Assembly (NCBI GenBank): GCA_041690395.1
Contig: JAWLHJ010000004.1
Coordinates: forward strand, 305,365 to 369,364
Reading direction: 5' to 3'
Length of the DNA: 64,000 bases
Source of the DNA: Longimicrobiales bacterium
GTDB lineage: Bacteria > Gemmatimonadota > Gemmatimonadetes > Longimicrobiales > Gaopeijiaceae
The first letter of the stretch is position 1. Each line of letters begins with the position of its first letter. The notes under the pieces are model-generated. The model ran no database searches. It was not told where the DNA came from and worked only from the letters and a program-made list of their open reading frames with translations. Positions 10,312 through 20,343 of this stretch are shown piece by piece. The position numbers were made by a program, and so were the translations under genes.

Positions 10312-10916
10312 CCTCCTTCGGGTCCGGGCGCCGGAGCGGCGTTCGGATCGGGAAGGACGTAGGTCTGGATCCGGAACTGGGCCTGCACGGGCGCTTCCAT
10401 GTCCGGGAACAGGTTCGGCTGCTGGAACAGCTGCAGGTCGAGCTCGATCGGCGTCACGATCCGCGAGAGGCTCGCGATGTCGGTCAGGAAACGCGCCACG
10501 CCGTGGTACTCGCCGACGACGGCCATGCTGTACGTGGACTGGTCGTAGTACGTGCCCGGCTGACGGGGCTCGGGGACCATACGCTGGAGCTCGACGCCAC
10601 GCTGTCGCGCCTGATTGGCGATGTCGTCCGCGAGGATGGCCACCTCCTCGGCCGCCGGAATCAACTGCTCGAGCCGGGCCACGTGCCGCTCGTAGAGCGC
10701 CATGCGTTCCTCGAGGTCGCCCCCTCCCTGCGCGGCGAGCACGGAAGCGCGGCGGTTCTGGGTCTCGAGCGCTTCGAGCCGGTCCCCCATCTCCTGGTTC
10801 TCCGCCTCCCTGGGCGCCAGGTAGTACATCCGGAACGGCACGATGAGCAGCAGCGCCAGAATGCCGGCGACCATCCAGTTGCGCTGGGTCGGGTCGGTAG
10901 GGTTGTACCAAGCCAT
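10308..10916 (-). CDS. pilO: Type IVa pilus biogenesis protein PilO
   Basis: TM plus coiled coil, LIP...EV, G.YHGVARFLTDIASLSRIV. Confidence 0.88.
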   Translation of the reverse strand: MAWYNPTDPTQRNWMVAGILALLLIVPFRMYYLAPREAENQEMGDRLEALETQNRRASVLAAQGGGDLEERMALYERHVARLEQLIPAAEEVAILADDIANQARQRGVELQRMVPEPRQPGTYYDQSTYSMAVVGEYHGVARFLTDIASLSRIVTPIELDLQLFQQPNLFPDMEAPVQAQFRIQTYVLPDPNAAPAPGPEGG

Positions 10917-10918
10917 GC

Positions 10919-11644
10919 TTAGTTCCCTCCCGACGCGGGGGCCGCGGTCTGGGTCGAGAGCGAGCCGTCGAACAGTGGCACGGTCTGGAGCTCCTCGATC
11001 GGCGGCGTGTCGTAGGTCATCAGCAGCTCGAAGACGTACACCAGGTCCTCGGCGTTCGCCTCGGACGGGACCTGCTCCGCACGGTCCATCTGCACGGCGC
11101 GGAGGAACTCGGAAGCCTCGAGCCGACGCATGAAGTTCGTGATCGCGTAGATGCTCCCGGCACGCCCGTTCACTCTGACCTGCACAGGGTCGCCGCCGGC
11201 GTACACGACCTCACGCAGCCAAGTGTAGTCCGGTACCGCCGCCGCGACCTCGTCGAGGATATGCGGCCAGACGTAACGTCCTTGGTCGATCTCCTGGATG
11301 ATCGCGACGCGCTGTGCGATGGAATCGTTGCGCGCCGTGAGCAGATTCGTCCGCTCGATGAGATCGGCGAAGCGCGTCGAGTCCTGGACTTCTTCTTCGA
11401 TGCGCACCTGGAGCTCTTCCCGTGTACCGTTCACGCCCGAGTACGCCCAGAAGATGTATCCGATGGCAATGCTGAGCGCGACCGCGAAGAAGGCCATGTA
11501 GGGGTCGACCGCGGAGCCTCCTCCGCCGCCTCGACCACCACTGCCGCCGCCACGGAGTCCCTTGAACGCGGCCACGAGGCCGGCGAGCGGGCCTCCGCCG
11601 GACGCGCCCTTCTTACCGCCGGGTAGGAGATTGACTTCGATCAC
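10919..11644 (-). CDS. pilN: Type IVa pilus biogenesis protein PilN
   Basis: IEVNLLP PilM-binding motif, TM, coiled coil, VPDYTWL, FMRRLE.S; GTG start. Confidence 0.9.
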   Translation of the reverse strand: MIEVNLLPGGKKGASGGGPLAGLVAAFKGLRGGGSGGRGGGGGSAVDPYMAFFAVALSIAIGYIFWAYSGVNGTREELQVRIEEEVQDSTRFADLIERTNLLTARNDSIAQRVAIIQEIDQGRYVWPHILDEVAAAVPDYTWLREVVYAGGDPVQVRVNGRAGSIYAITNFMRRLEASEFLRAVQMDRAEQVPSEANAEDLVYVFELLMTYDTPPIEELQTVPLFDGSLSTQTAAPASGGN

Positions 11645-11662
11645 GGCTCGGCCGTCCTCGTC

Positions 11663-12697
11663 CTAGGCGCGAAGTGCCAGCCCGAGCGGCAACAGCAGCA
11701 TCGGGGCAGCTTCGTCGATGGAGAAACCGCTCGCCGCGTTCGGCTGTACCGGGACGCGTTCGAACGGGTTCACGAGCTCCGTTTCCACGTTCATGCGCTG
11801 TCCGAGGGCACGGGCCATCCCGGGAATCCGGGCGCCCCCGCCGCTCAGGAAGATGCGCCCCACCGAGGCCCCGTCGTCGCGGGTCATCAGGAAGGCGCTC
11901 GCGCGCTCGATGCCGACCGCCACTTCCTCGGCCGACTGGCTGACGAAGATGTCCAGGTCGTCGATCATCTCACGGGCCTGCACCACGTCCTCGGCCTGCT
12001 CGGCGGTGAGACCGCGCTCACGCTGCAGGTCCTCACGGATCTTCCGCGACCCGAACGAGATGTCCCGGGTCAGGATCGGCACACCGTCCTCGAGGATGTT
12101 CACGTTGGTCGTCTCGTGACCGACGTTGACCAGCGCGATGATCCCGTCCCGGTGATCCGGGTAGTTGTGCTCGAAAGCGTTGTGGAGCGCGAACGCGTCG
12201 ACGTCGATGACCCGAGACGAGACACCCGCGTCCTGGAGCAGCGCCACCTTGTTGTCCACCAGCTCCCGCTTCGCCGCCACGAGGAGGACCTCCATCTGGA
12301 GACCGTCGTCGTGCGGGTTCAGGATCTGGAAGTCCAACTCGACGCTCTTGATGTCGAAAGGAACATGCTGCTCGGCCTCCCACCGGATGACCTCACGCGC
12401 GTCGGATTCCTTCATCCGGTCCATCTGGATCTTCTTGATGATCACGTCGTGGCCGCCGACAGCGGTCACCACGTCGACCCCCTTCAGCCCCGTCTCCTGG
12501 AAGAGCCCGCGCACCGTATCCGCGACGAGACCGTAGTCCATGATCTCGCCTTCGACGATGGCGTCGGGGAGGAGCTGCCGCATGGCGACACGAACCACCT
12601 CGGGCTGGTCGCCCGAGTGATCGACCTCCACCACCTTGACGAAGCCGGAGCCTATGTCGAGGCCGATGGAGGAGCGTTTACGTCCGAAGAGGCCCAT
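11663..12697 (-). CDS. pilM: Type IVa pilus assembly protein PilM
   Basis: IGLDIGSGFVKVVE, EAEQHVPF, VLLVAAK, IDVDAFAL, FLSGGGA, LGLALR. Confidence 0.95.
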   Translation of the reverse strand: MGLFGRKRSSIGLDIGSGFVKVVEVDHSGDQPEVVRVAMRQLLPDAIVEGEIMDYGLVADTVRGLFQETGLKGVDVVTAVGGHDVIIKKIQMDRMKESDAREVIRWEAEQHVPFDIKSVELDFQILNPHDDGLQMEVLLVAAKRELVDNKVALLQDAGVSSRVIDVDAFALHNAFEHNYPDHRDGIIALVNVGHETTNVNILEDGVPILTRDISFGSRKIREDLQRERGLTAEQAEDVVQAREMIDDLDIFVSQSAEEVAVGIERASAFLMTRDDGASVGRIFLSGGGARIPGMARALGQRMNVETELVNPFERVPVQPNAASGFSIDEAAPMLLLPLGLALRA

Positions 12698-12754
12698 GCG
12701 CCGCCTTCATGCAAGGGAGTGGGGAAAGAGATTTTCCCGTGAAAAGTCGAGTCC

Positions 12755-12784
12755 AGCTTACCATCGAAAGTCGAGCCTTGTCAA
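12755..12784 (-). promoter_or_regulatory. sigma70-type promoter of pilMNOPQ
   Basis: Minus strand TTGACA (12784-12779), 18-nt spacer ending in TGG, then TAAGCT (12760-12755), i.e. an extended -10. Confidence 0.65.
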
Positions 12785-12843
12785 GAAGAAATTGGCTTCC
12801 TGTCCCATTCGAATATTTGGTAAACATTTGACGTCATCTTGAG

Positions 12844-12884
12844 CGTGAAAGGCCGGTCGCGCAAGGGCACGACCGGCCTTCACG
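12844..12884 (-). terminator. Intrinsic terminator after minor-pilin operon 1
   Basis: AAGGCCGGTCG/CGACCGGCCTT stem; short T run on the minus strand, directly after the stop at 12888. Confidence 0.65.
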
Positions 12885-12887
12885 ATG

Positions 12888-14048
12888 TCAATTCAGGACC
12901 GCGGAGAGGTCGATCCAGCTGCGGTGCTCCAGGGGCCTGGCCCGAGAGAGCGAAGCGTTGTTGAGGATCGCTCGCTGCACGCCGCACGACGAGTACTGGA
13001 TGGTCGACCCGCCGACATATCCCTGCATGTCCATGTCCAGGTTCGACGCCATGACGGCGCCGACGATCCGGTTTCCAGAGCCCTGGGTCTCGAAGGTGCC
13101 CTGGACGATGATGATCCCGTAGAAGACGAAGCTTCCTCGGAGGTCCAACGTGCCGTCCACAAGTAGAATGCCCTGGCCGACCCCGCCGGACTGAATCGTC
13201 AGGGTGGGACCAGGGTGATACATGAGCGGGAAGTACGAACCACACGGATCGGTGGGATTCTCCGGGTCACCCCAGTTGGCGAGCACAGTCTCGTCACAAC
13301 GCCCGGAGCCGTCCAACACCGGCCCCGTGCTGTTGATGTTCGATCCCGCCGACGTGAGATCCTTGCCCTCGAGCTGGGCGAGATCGGAGAGTTCGTCCCA
13401 GTCCAGGTCTCCGAACTGCGTGAAGGTCTCATCCACGATCGTGGCGTCCTCCGCTGCAGGAGGGGTGCCAAGGATCTCGCCGCCGCCGGACGTACTCACC
13501 TGCGACACGTCGTTCGTCACCACGCCGGGCTTATTGGTAACCCCGCTGCAATAGGCCCCCCATCCGGTCGGGGCCGCATCATCACCGAGAATCGACGCGC
13601 TACCCTTCACGGACACCTTCCCCCGGGTCGTGAGCGCGCCCGGTGGATCGATGTCGGCGTAGATGAGACGGGTCACGATCCCGATGTTCCGCGTCGCTCC
13701 GCCCCAGGCCTCGCCCTGGGTGATCTCCCCCGTAGCGTCCAGATAATAGATCACGTTGTTGGTGTTCGTGATGTTCACCGTCCAGATGCCGACATCGGTC
13801 GTATCGACGATGGTCGTGTCTCCCCACATCGGAATGTTGCCGAGCTGGTAGCCGTTCCAGTTCGCCATCACCTCGTTCGAGCCGGCCTGAGCGACGTTGA
13901 CCGCCATGTTCGCGTAGTTGCTGGCCACGCCGATCCGCAGCTCCTGGCGGGCCATGTAGAAGCCCGCGGAGACCAGGGCGGCCATGATCACCAGCGCGCC
14001 GATGGCGGCCGGCATCGCAAAGCCTCGTCTGTCCATATGTGTTTTCAT
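12888..14048 (-). CDS. PilX-like minor pilin with large C-terminal beta domain (set 1)
   Basis: RRG|FAMPAAIGALVIM prepilin-like N-terminus without E5 (PilX/GspK trait); C-terminal GQGILLVDG.L...FYGIIIV.G. Confidence 0.72.
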   Translation of the reverse strand: MKTHMDRRGFAMPAAIGALVIMAALVSAGFYMARQELRIGVASNYANMAVNVAQAGSNEVMANWNGYQLGNIPMWGDTTIVDTTDVGIWTVNITNTNNVIYYLDATGEITQGEAWGGATRNIGIVTRLIYADIDPPGALTTRGKVSVKGSASILGDDAAPTGWGAYCSGVTNKPGVVTNDVSQVSTSGGGEILGTPPAAEDATIVDETFTQFGDLDWDELSDLAQLEGKDLTSAGSNINSTGPVLDGSGRCDETVLANWGDPENPTDPCGSYFPLMYHPGPTLTIQSGGVGQGILLVDGTLDLRGSFVFYGIIIVQGTFETQGSGNRIVGAVMASNLDMDMQGYVGGSTIQYSSCGVQRAILNNASLSRARPLEHRSWIDLSAVLN

Positions 14049-14100
14049 GATGGCTCCTCGCCCACGCGGCCATGGTACGGCCGGCCGGGCCTCGTCCTGG

Positions 14101-14916
14101 TCAGTTGCGCGTGTAGATCCACATGTCCAGCGAATCGGAGACCATGTCTCCCCCCGGACCCATGACTCGCTCTCCCGTCCGGATCCGAACCTCGATCTGC
14201 CGTACGTCGGTCGGAGTCGACGTGATGTTGCCGAGGGCGTCACGATAGATGAACTGCAACCCATCGGTCCCGGGATAGCGGAGAGGACCCGCGATCGGCG
14301 TGCCGTCCCGCGTCAGGTAAGGCGTGGTCGGGTACAGCCAGAGCCCCGTCCCATAGGTGAAGTACTGGTAGGCACGAACGGGCGCTCCGACACGAACCGT
14401 GTCGTTGACGAAAAGCCCGCCGGCCGTATCCACTTCGAGATCCATCGCCGGGCGACCGAGACATGTCACGGTATTGTCGACGTCGACGAGACCGACCCGG
14501 AGCCACCTATCGTCGCTTCCCGTAGCCTCACGATTGTCCGCGAATACGAGAACCGTGTCGTCGGCGACCGCGAAATCATCACCCGAATTGTCGAGCACCC
14601 GAATCCGGGGGGGGCTGGCGGTCGGACCCACATCGATTTCGCATGCGATGCCGAACTTGCGCATCAAGCGGACCCGCAGGTTCGACGGACCCATCGAGAG
14701 AATGTCACCGTCCGCCGGACTCAACTCCCTGAGCTCGTTGAACATCACCTCGATAGCCATTCGGCTGGCCTGCTGCCCCTCGATGGCGGCACTCTGCGCG
14801 GTGAAGGTCCTCTGATTGGTGATCAGCACTTGAAGCGCTGCCGAGAGGACGATGACACCGAGGACCGACACGACGATCAGCTCGACGAGTGTGAAGCCGT
14901 CACGATTCCTGGTCAT
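14101..14916 (-). CDS. PilW-like minor pilin (set 1)
   Basis: RDG|FTLVELIVV class III signal, ELR motif after helix 1, C-terminal TRN. Confidence 0.78.
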   Translation of the reverse strand: MTRNRDGFTLVELIVVSVLGVIVLSAALQVLITNQRTFTAQSAAIEGQQASRMAIEVMFNELRELSPADGDILSMGPSNLRVRLMRKFGIACEIDVGPTASPPRIRVLDNSGDDFAVADDTVLVFADNREATGSDDRWLRVGLVDVDNTVTCLGRPAMDLEVDTAGGLFVNDTVRVGAPVRAYQYFTYGTGLWLYPTTPYLTRDGTPIAGPLRYPGTDGLQFIYRDALGNITSTPTDVRQIEVRIRTGERVMGPGGDMVSDSLDMWIYTRN

Positions 14917-14919
14917 CGT

Positions 14920-15321
14920 CTATTGCCTCAGAATGCGGAAGACGAACGTGTCGGCTACGGCTGGCGCGAGGTTGCCCATACCGCCCGGGCTCAGACCCGG
15001 CCCGACGGTGACCACGGTCAGGATCTTCGACTGCGGACCGTCATCCTCGGCGTCCCAATTCACCGCGAAGATGCCAACGGAATCTGAGCCGTCCACCACG
15101 TTGTCGTACGGGAGCGACTGAAGCCGATCGATGATCGTCTGCGAAGCGAACGTTCGCTCCGTGAGCAGGTCGCCGAGCGTGACTGTCCGCACGAGGTAGC
15201 CCGTGGAGCCGGCGAGGCCCAGGAGCCCAATGGTCAGGATGACGATGGCGATGATGATCTCGACCATCGTGAACCCGGCTCGGGCATGCGTCGGCACGGC
15301 CGGCGAAACAGTGTCATTCAC
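14920..15321 (-). CDS. PilV-like minor pilin (set 1)
   Basis: RAG|FTMVEIIIAIVILTIGLLGL; start uncertain (GTG 15321). Confidence 0.75.
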   Translation of the reverse strand: MNDTVSPAVPTHARAGFTMVEIIIAIVILTIGLLGLAGSTGYLVRTVTLGDLLTERTFASQTIIDRLQSLPYDNVVDGSDSVGIFAVNWDAEDDGPQSKILTVVTVGPGLSPGGMGNLAPAVADTFVFRILRQ

Positions 15322-15329
15322 GGAGCGGC

Positions 15330-15794
15330 TCACTGGTTGAGCAGGAGCTGGCCCAAGGGCATGGCCCACAGGTTGGTCACCTCGGCGCCCTGATGGAAGT
15401 GCAGGCGCATCAGGGTGCCGGGCGTGCTGCAACTGAGATCGGCGTACCCGCGCGGGCTGAAACAGATCGTGTATTCGGTCAAGCTGCTCGGCAGTGAGAT
15501 CCTCATGTCCAGATTCTCGTCGCCGAAGCGGATGATCTCCAGGATGTCCCCGTCGTCCTCGATCCACACGGAATCCCCCGTCACGTCCGCATGCAACATG
15601 ACGTTCCGGCCCTTCTCGATGCCATGTACCCGCGCCCGGTAGTGGATCGCGGCGTATGTCGTCTGAGCCCCGCGGACCGCGATGCGGGTCTGTGCGCCAC
15701 TGATCTGATTCAGCGCGATCGTCGTCAGGATGCTCCCGATGACGATAGCGATGATCAGCTCGATCATCGTGAAGCCGGTGCGCGTGCGGTACAT
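15330..15794 (-). CDS. FimT/GspH-like minor pilin (set 1)
   Basis: RTG|FTMIELIIAIVIG, ARVHGI, I.FSPRG.A. Confidence 0.78.
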   Translation of the reverse strand: MYRTRTGFTMIELIIAIVIGSILTTIALNQISGAQTRIAVRGAQTTYAAIHYRARVHGIEKGRNVMLHADVTGDSVWIEDDGDILEIIRFGDENLDMRISLPSSLTEYTICFSPRGYADLSCSTPGTLMRLHFHQGAEVTNLWAMPLGQLLLNQ

Positions 15795-15842
15795 GATGCC
15801 GGGGTAGCTCAGTGTTCGGGGGGTGTGCCGACTCTGTATGGA

Positions 15843-15857
15843 CCAAGTTCCGTGCCA
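15843..15857 (-). promoter_or_regulatory. Candidate sigma54 -24/-12 promoter for minor-pilin set 1
   Basis: Minus strand TGGCAC-GGAAC-TTGG (consensus TGGCAC-N5-TTGC; one mismatch at -12), about 50 nt upstream of the ATG. Confidence 0.6.
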
Positions 15858-16187
15858 GAGGTGCGGGGTATGCGGGGATGGGACACTCGGGGCCCGCTCT
15901 CGCCCGGCAACGGCGTGGCTACGGTAATTTGGGCGCAATATCGGGTGCGGAGCCGTCCGAGGCAAAGGATTCCGAGAGCCACCTTTTACCGGGATCGGCA
16001 AGGAGTTCCGGCGGCGGGGTGGTCGTGGGGACGATCCGTGTGACGGACGCGGGCGCGCGCACTCCCCGCTTTGAAGGGGGGGCGGCATGGCGTATGCTCT
16101 GCTCTCGATCGACGCTACCACGCCTCACCCACGGCCTCGCCGCCCCCGCGGGCGCGTACCGTCCGAGACTGTCATGGATCGCGCAAA

Positions 16188-19100
16188 GTGAGACAGAGAC
16201 CCGCACTTTACATCGCTTTCGTCGTGTCCGGGATGGCCGGGCTCGTGTACGAAGTCCTGTGGAGCCGATACCTGGCCCTCTTCGTCGGACACGGCGCCTT
16301 CGCCCAGGTGCTGGTCCTCTCCGTCTACCTCGGAGGGATGGCGGTCGGCGCCTTGGCCGTGTCCGACATCTCGCGCAAGCTCGACCGGCCCCTTCTGGGA
16401 TATGCTGCGCTGGAAGTGGCTCTCGCCGCCTTCGGGCTGCTCTTTCACCCGATGTACCAAGCCGTGACGGGGCTCGGGTACGACGTGATCTTCCCCGCCC
16501 TTGCCGATCCGAATCTGGCCGGCGCGGTCCGCTGGGGGCTGGCCGGAATCATCATCCTCCCTCAGGCGATGCTGCTCGGCGCCACCTTCCCGCTCATGGC
16601 CGCGGGCCTCGTGCGTATGGCTCCGGACAGACCGGGCGGCGGCGTCGCCACCGCGTATCTGCTCAACACCCTGGGTGGAGCGGCCGGAGTCCTCGTGGCC
16701 GGATTCCTCCTCATCGGCTGGTTCGGCTTCGCGGGCACCTCGGTGGCCGCCGCGACCCTGAATCTCCTCGCGGCCGGGCTGGTCTGGAGCTCCGTGCGGG
16801 GATTCGCGGGCCCCTCGCTCGCTGCACCGGTCGACCGCGAGAAGGACGGTGCAGCCCCTCCCGAAGCACGTGCGCTCAGCCTCGTGCTCCTGCCGGTGGC
16901 GTTCGGGACGGCGCTCGCGTCGTTCGCGTACGAGATCGGTTGGATCCGCATGCTTTCGCTCCTGCTCGGGAGCGCCACGCATGCCTTTGAGTTGATGCTG
17001 TCGGCGTTCATCCTCGGGCTCGCGATCGGAGCGTGGCTCGTCCGCGGCGCTGCCGACCGTTCGCGGGAGCCCATCGCGGCGCTCGGCTGGGTCCAGGTCG
17101 CCATGGGGCTGGCGGCGCTGATGTCGATCCCGGTGTACGGGTCCTCGTTCGATCTCGTCGCCGCCATGGTCGAGGGTACCAGCGGTCGTCCCGGTGGATA
17201 CGCGCTCTTCAACATCGGGCGCTACACGCTCGCGATGACCGTCATGCTTCCAGCGACCGTCCTCGCGGGCATGACCCTTCCGCTGCTCACGGCGGCCCTG
17301 CTGCGCGCCGGGGCCGGCGAGCGAGCGATCGGCCGGGTGTACGCGGTCAATACCGTGGGCGCGGTTTCCGGCTCGGTCCTGGCCGGGCTGGTCCTGCTCC
17401 CCATCCTCGGCTTGAAGGGCCTGCTCGTGGCGGGCGCCGGGCTCGACACCCTCCTGGGCCTGTGGCTCCTCGCCTGGTCGGCCCGGATGGCCCGTGCCCA
17501 TGGGGCGAGCCCGGCTCCGGGCGGATTCGCCCGTTGGGGGCGAAGGGTCGTCGTTCCGGCGGGCGCGTGCCTGATCGCGTTCACCGGGGTCGGGCTCGGC
17601 GTCGACCTCGACCGGGTGGTCATCACGAGCGGCGTGTTCCGCGACGCGTTGGTCCCGGAGGCGTCGTCCCGGACGATGCTCTACTACCAGGACGGTAGGA
17701 CAGCGACGGTATCGGCGCACGTCGGGGCGGAGGAAGGCGTCACGGTACTGTCGACCAACGGGAAGCCCGACGCTTCGGTCGGACCCCTCTGGCGGATCGA
17801 GGGACGTGACACCATCCCCGAGACACCGATCCCGAGCGGCAGCGACTTCTCGACGCAGATGCTTTCTGGGGTCGTCGGGCTCGGGCACCGACCCGACGGC
17901 GGGTTGGTGGCGAACGTCGGACACGGCTCCGGCATCACGGGCGCGACGCTGCTCACGAGTGAAGACGTCGACCGGCTGGTCACGGTCGAGATCGAGCCGT
18001 TCATGGTCGAAGCCTCACTCGTCTTTCTTCCCCTGAACGAGGCCGTGTTCGCGGATCCGCGCTCCAGCTTCGTGTTCGACGACGCCAAGTCGTTCTTCTC
18101 GTACAGCCGCGAGCGTTTCGACCTGATCGTCACGGAGCCCAGCAACCCATGGGTGAGCGGCACCGCGTCGCTCTTCACGAGGGAGTTCTACGACCAGGTC
18201 GGGGACTTTCTCGCGGACGACGGTGTGCTCGTCCAGTGGATGCAGCTCTACGAGCTGACCGACGAGCTCTTCCTGACCGTGCTCGCCGCGCTGGATACGG
18301 CGTTCGAAGCCTACCGGGTCTACCTGGTGGGCGACGCCGACCTCGCGATCGTGGCTTCCCGGCGCGGGCCCCTTCCCACCCCCGACTGGTCGGTCGCGTC
18401 TTCACCCGCGATGAGGTCATTCACTGCCGGCATTCCCGAGATCAGGCCGGCGCACTTGGAGTCCTTGGCCCTCTTCGACGAATCGACACTCCGTCCGTTG
18501 CTCGACCGTGGGCTCCCGGCGAACTCGGACTTCGATCCGATCCTCGACCTCGGTGCCGAGCGCGCTCGGTTCGATCGGGCCTTCGCCCACGGTGCGTTCA
18601 GCTTCGCGACCAGCCCCCTGGACCTGGCGCGGCTCCTCAGAGAGGAGGCCCGTCCGCCGATTCCCCACACGCCGCCGCCCGCTCGCGGCCCCATCTCGCT
18701 GGTGCGAACCGAGCGCGGAGCCTGGCTGAGGGAGGCCATCGGCGAGGGCGGCGCGTACGCTCCGGACGCCTTCCCGGAGTGGACGGAGGCCCTGATCCAC
18801 TTGCAGACCTTCCTCTTTCTGAGCTCCGGTGACGCACAGCTCGGGTCGTGGGACACCTGGGGCGAGGGCTTCAGCCGGGCCGCGGGCGACCTGCACTGGG
18901 GCACGACCGGGTGGGCCGACACGACCTTCTACCGAGCCGCGCGGAGCTTCCTCGACCGGTCCGATGCCCCTGCCGAGGCGCGGGCCGTCGTCGATCTGCA
19001 CGAGGCGGTGTCGCTCCTCGACTGGGGGAGGGCGGCTGGCGCTGCAGACCTGCTCGTCGATCGCGTCGCCGCCGGAGAGCGTTGGGTGCCTCCGGCTACC

Positions 19101-19253
19101 CTGCTGGACGCAGCCGTGCTCGCCTATCTCCGTGTCGATCGGCCCGAGGCCGCGCGTAACGCGCTCGAGGCGCTGGCGCATGGCACGGGTCGCCCGGCAG
19201 GTCATCTGCGTCACCGTGTGCTCGACGCCTGGATCGCGGACGCGGGTGGATAG
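16188..19253 (+). CDS. Fused MFS-like membrane domain (about 13 TM) / spermidine-synthase-fold SAM-dependent transferase with helical C-terminus
   Basis: Two 6-TM repeats (YEVLW / YEIGW; LNTLGG / VNTVGA), then NGKPDAS, VGHGSGIT, VEIEP, DDAKSF, DLIVTEPSNPWVSG, SLFTREFY, QWMQLYE; start GTG 16188 (track 16071). Confidence 0.85.
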   Translation: MRQRPALYIAFVVSGMAGLVYEVLWSRYLALFVGHGAFAQVLVLSVYLGGMAVGALAVSDISRKLDRPLLGYAALEVALAAFGLLFHPMYQAVTGLGYDVIFPALADPNLAGAVRWGLAGIIILPQAMLLGATFPLMAAGLVRMAPDRPGGGVATAYLLNTLGGAAGVLVAGFLLIGWFGFAGTSVAAATLNLLAAGLVWSSVRGFAGPSLAAPVDREKDGAAPPEARALSLVLLPVAFGTALASFAYEIGWIRMLSLLLGSATHAFELMLSAFILGLAIGAWLVRGAADRSREPIAALGWVQVAMGLAALMSIPVYGSSFDLVAAMVEGTSGRPGGYALFNIGRYTLAMTVMLPATVLAGMTLPLLTAALLRAGAGERAIGRVYAVNTVGAVSGSVLAGLVLLPILGLKGLLVAGAGLDTLLGLWLLAWSARMARAHGASPAPGGFARWGRRVVVPAGACLIAFTGVGLGVDLDRVVITSGVFRDALVPEASSRTMLYYQDGRTATVSAHVGAEEGVTVLSTNGKPDASVGPLWRIEGRDTIPETPIPSGSDFSTQMLSGVVGLGHRPDGGLVANVGHGSGITGATLLTSEDVDRLVTVEIEPFMVEASLVFLPLNEAVFADPRSSFVFDDAKSFFSYSRERFDLIVTEPSNPWVSGTASLFTREFYDQVGDFLADDGVLVQWMQLYELTDELFLTVLAALDTAFEAYRVYLVGDADLAIVASRRGPLPTPDWSVASSPAMRSFTAGIPEIRPAHLESLALFDESTLRPLLDRGLPANSDFDPILDLGAERARFDRAFAHGAFSFATSPLDLARLLREEARPPIPHTPPPARGPISLVRTERGAWLREAIGEGGAYAPDAFPEWTEALIHLQTFLFLSSGDAQLGSWDTWGEGFSRAAGDLHWGTTGWADTTFYRAARSFLDRSDAPAEARAVVDLHEAVSLLDWGRAAGAADLLVDRVAAGERWVPPATLLDAAVLAYLRVDRPEAARNALEALAHGTGRPAGHLRHRVLDAWIADAGG

Positions 19254-19275
19254 CGCCCTTCCGGAGCCCGTTCCA

Positions 19276-20343
19276 TCACGGGCTGACCGGTGGAAGTCGC
19301 GGCACCGGCGTCGGTGACGGCATCCACTCGGTCGCACCGGCGCGCAAGGCTCGCGCCGCCCAGCATGCCGAGCCCCGCACGGTCGCGCCGGCGCCGACGA
19401 TCAACCCGCCGTCCGCCACGACCATCCCATGGAGCTCACTGCGGTCCTCGAGCGTGACGACGCCGCTGGCCACCACCATGCCGTAGAGGCGTGCGTCGCC
19501 GGACAGTTGCAGGTCCCCGTCGACCACCAGCATGGCCTGTCCGGATCCACCGGCGACGTGGAGCGTATCCGCGGTACGGCGGACGGCGATGTGCGCCCCA
19601 CACGGACCGGTCGGCCGCTCCGGGTCCCCCCAGTTCCACGGCTCGTCGGTCGAGCACACGCCGGCCCACTCGCTCGGGAACGGTACGCCCGTTCCAGCGA
19701 TCCCGACCGACGTCCCGGCCACCAGATCCTCGAAGCTCAGGAGACCGAGCGCGGCCGCAGACCCATCGGCCCCCGTCGCCACGGCGTCGGGAACGACACC
19801 CTCGAACGCGGGCCCGACCTCCGGATCGCAGGTCGCGGCATCGAGCGGTGCCTCCGCCAGCCCGAACCCGAGCCGGTCGATGCTGCCGTCGATCCGTACC
19901 AGGGCACCCTGGCCCACCGTCACGACCGCGCCCAGGGCCCGTATCCGGCTTACCGGATCCAACCACCAGAGGAGCAGCCCCGAGGTCCCGATGCGCCGGG
20001 AGCCGCCATCCAGCGCCGCCCGCTCGAGCCACCAGCTCTCGGGGCCGACGCGCCTCACACGGAGCGGTTGCCAGGCGGGGTCGGTCGGCTCGACGCCTTC
20101 CGCTTGGCCCCCGACCGCGGCAACGTCCCAGATAGGCAGGCGCATAAGGTCGCTGTCGAGGCCAGCCGCCAGGGCCTCGTCCCTCCGGGCCCGGAGAGCC
20201 GCCTTATCCTCGAGGGCTCCAGCGTACGCGCGGGAGGCGTTCAGCTCTGCACGCGCGACCAGCAGGGTGCCGTGCGCGAGCGCGGTGGCGGTGAGGAGCA
20301 GTAGCACGACCGCAAGCATGGCCGCCCCTCGCCTCCCCCTCAC
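19276..20343 (-). CDS. PilX-like minor pilin (set 2)
   Basis: RRG|AAMLAVVLLL; paralogous to 12888..14048 (NWGDPE.PT.PCG, GQAMLVVDGDL...LYGMVV); GTGA overlap. Confidence 0.65.
   Translation of the reverse strand: MRGRRGAAMLAVVLLLLTATALAHGTLLVARAELNASRAYAGALEDKAALRARRDEALAAGLDSDLMRLPIWDVAAVGGQAEGVEPTDPAWQPLRVRRVGPESWWLERAALDGGSRRIGTSGLLLWWLDPVSRIRALGAVVTVGQGALVRIDGSIDRLGFGLAEAPLDAATCDPEVGPAFEGVVPDAVATGADGSAAALGLLSFEDLVAGTSVGIAGTGVPFPSEWAGVCSTDEPWNWGDPERPTGPCGAHIAVRRTADTLHVAGGSGQAMLVVDGDLQLSGDARLYGMVVASGVVTLEDRSELHGMVVADGGLIVGAGATVRGSACWAARALRAGATEWMPSPTPVPRLPPVSP

Noticed and set aside
12741..12775. Direct repeat AAAGTCGAG twice in the pilM promoter
   Set aside because: Only 9 bp and two copies; cannot be distinguished from chance without comparative data
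16188..19253. Calling this gene (or 29535..31667) speE for polyamine synthesis
   Set aside because: Lacks GGG(D/E)G and the DxxD-type motif, is a polytopic membrane protein, and no speD is present in the window
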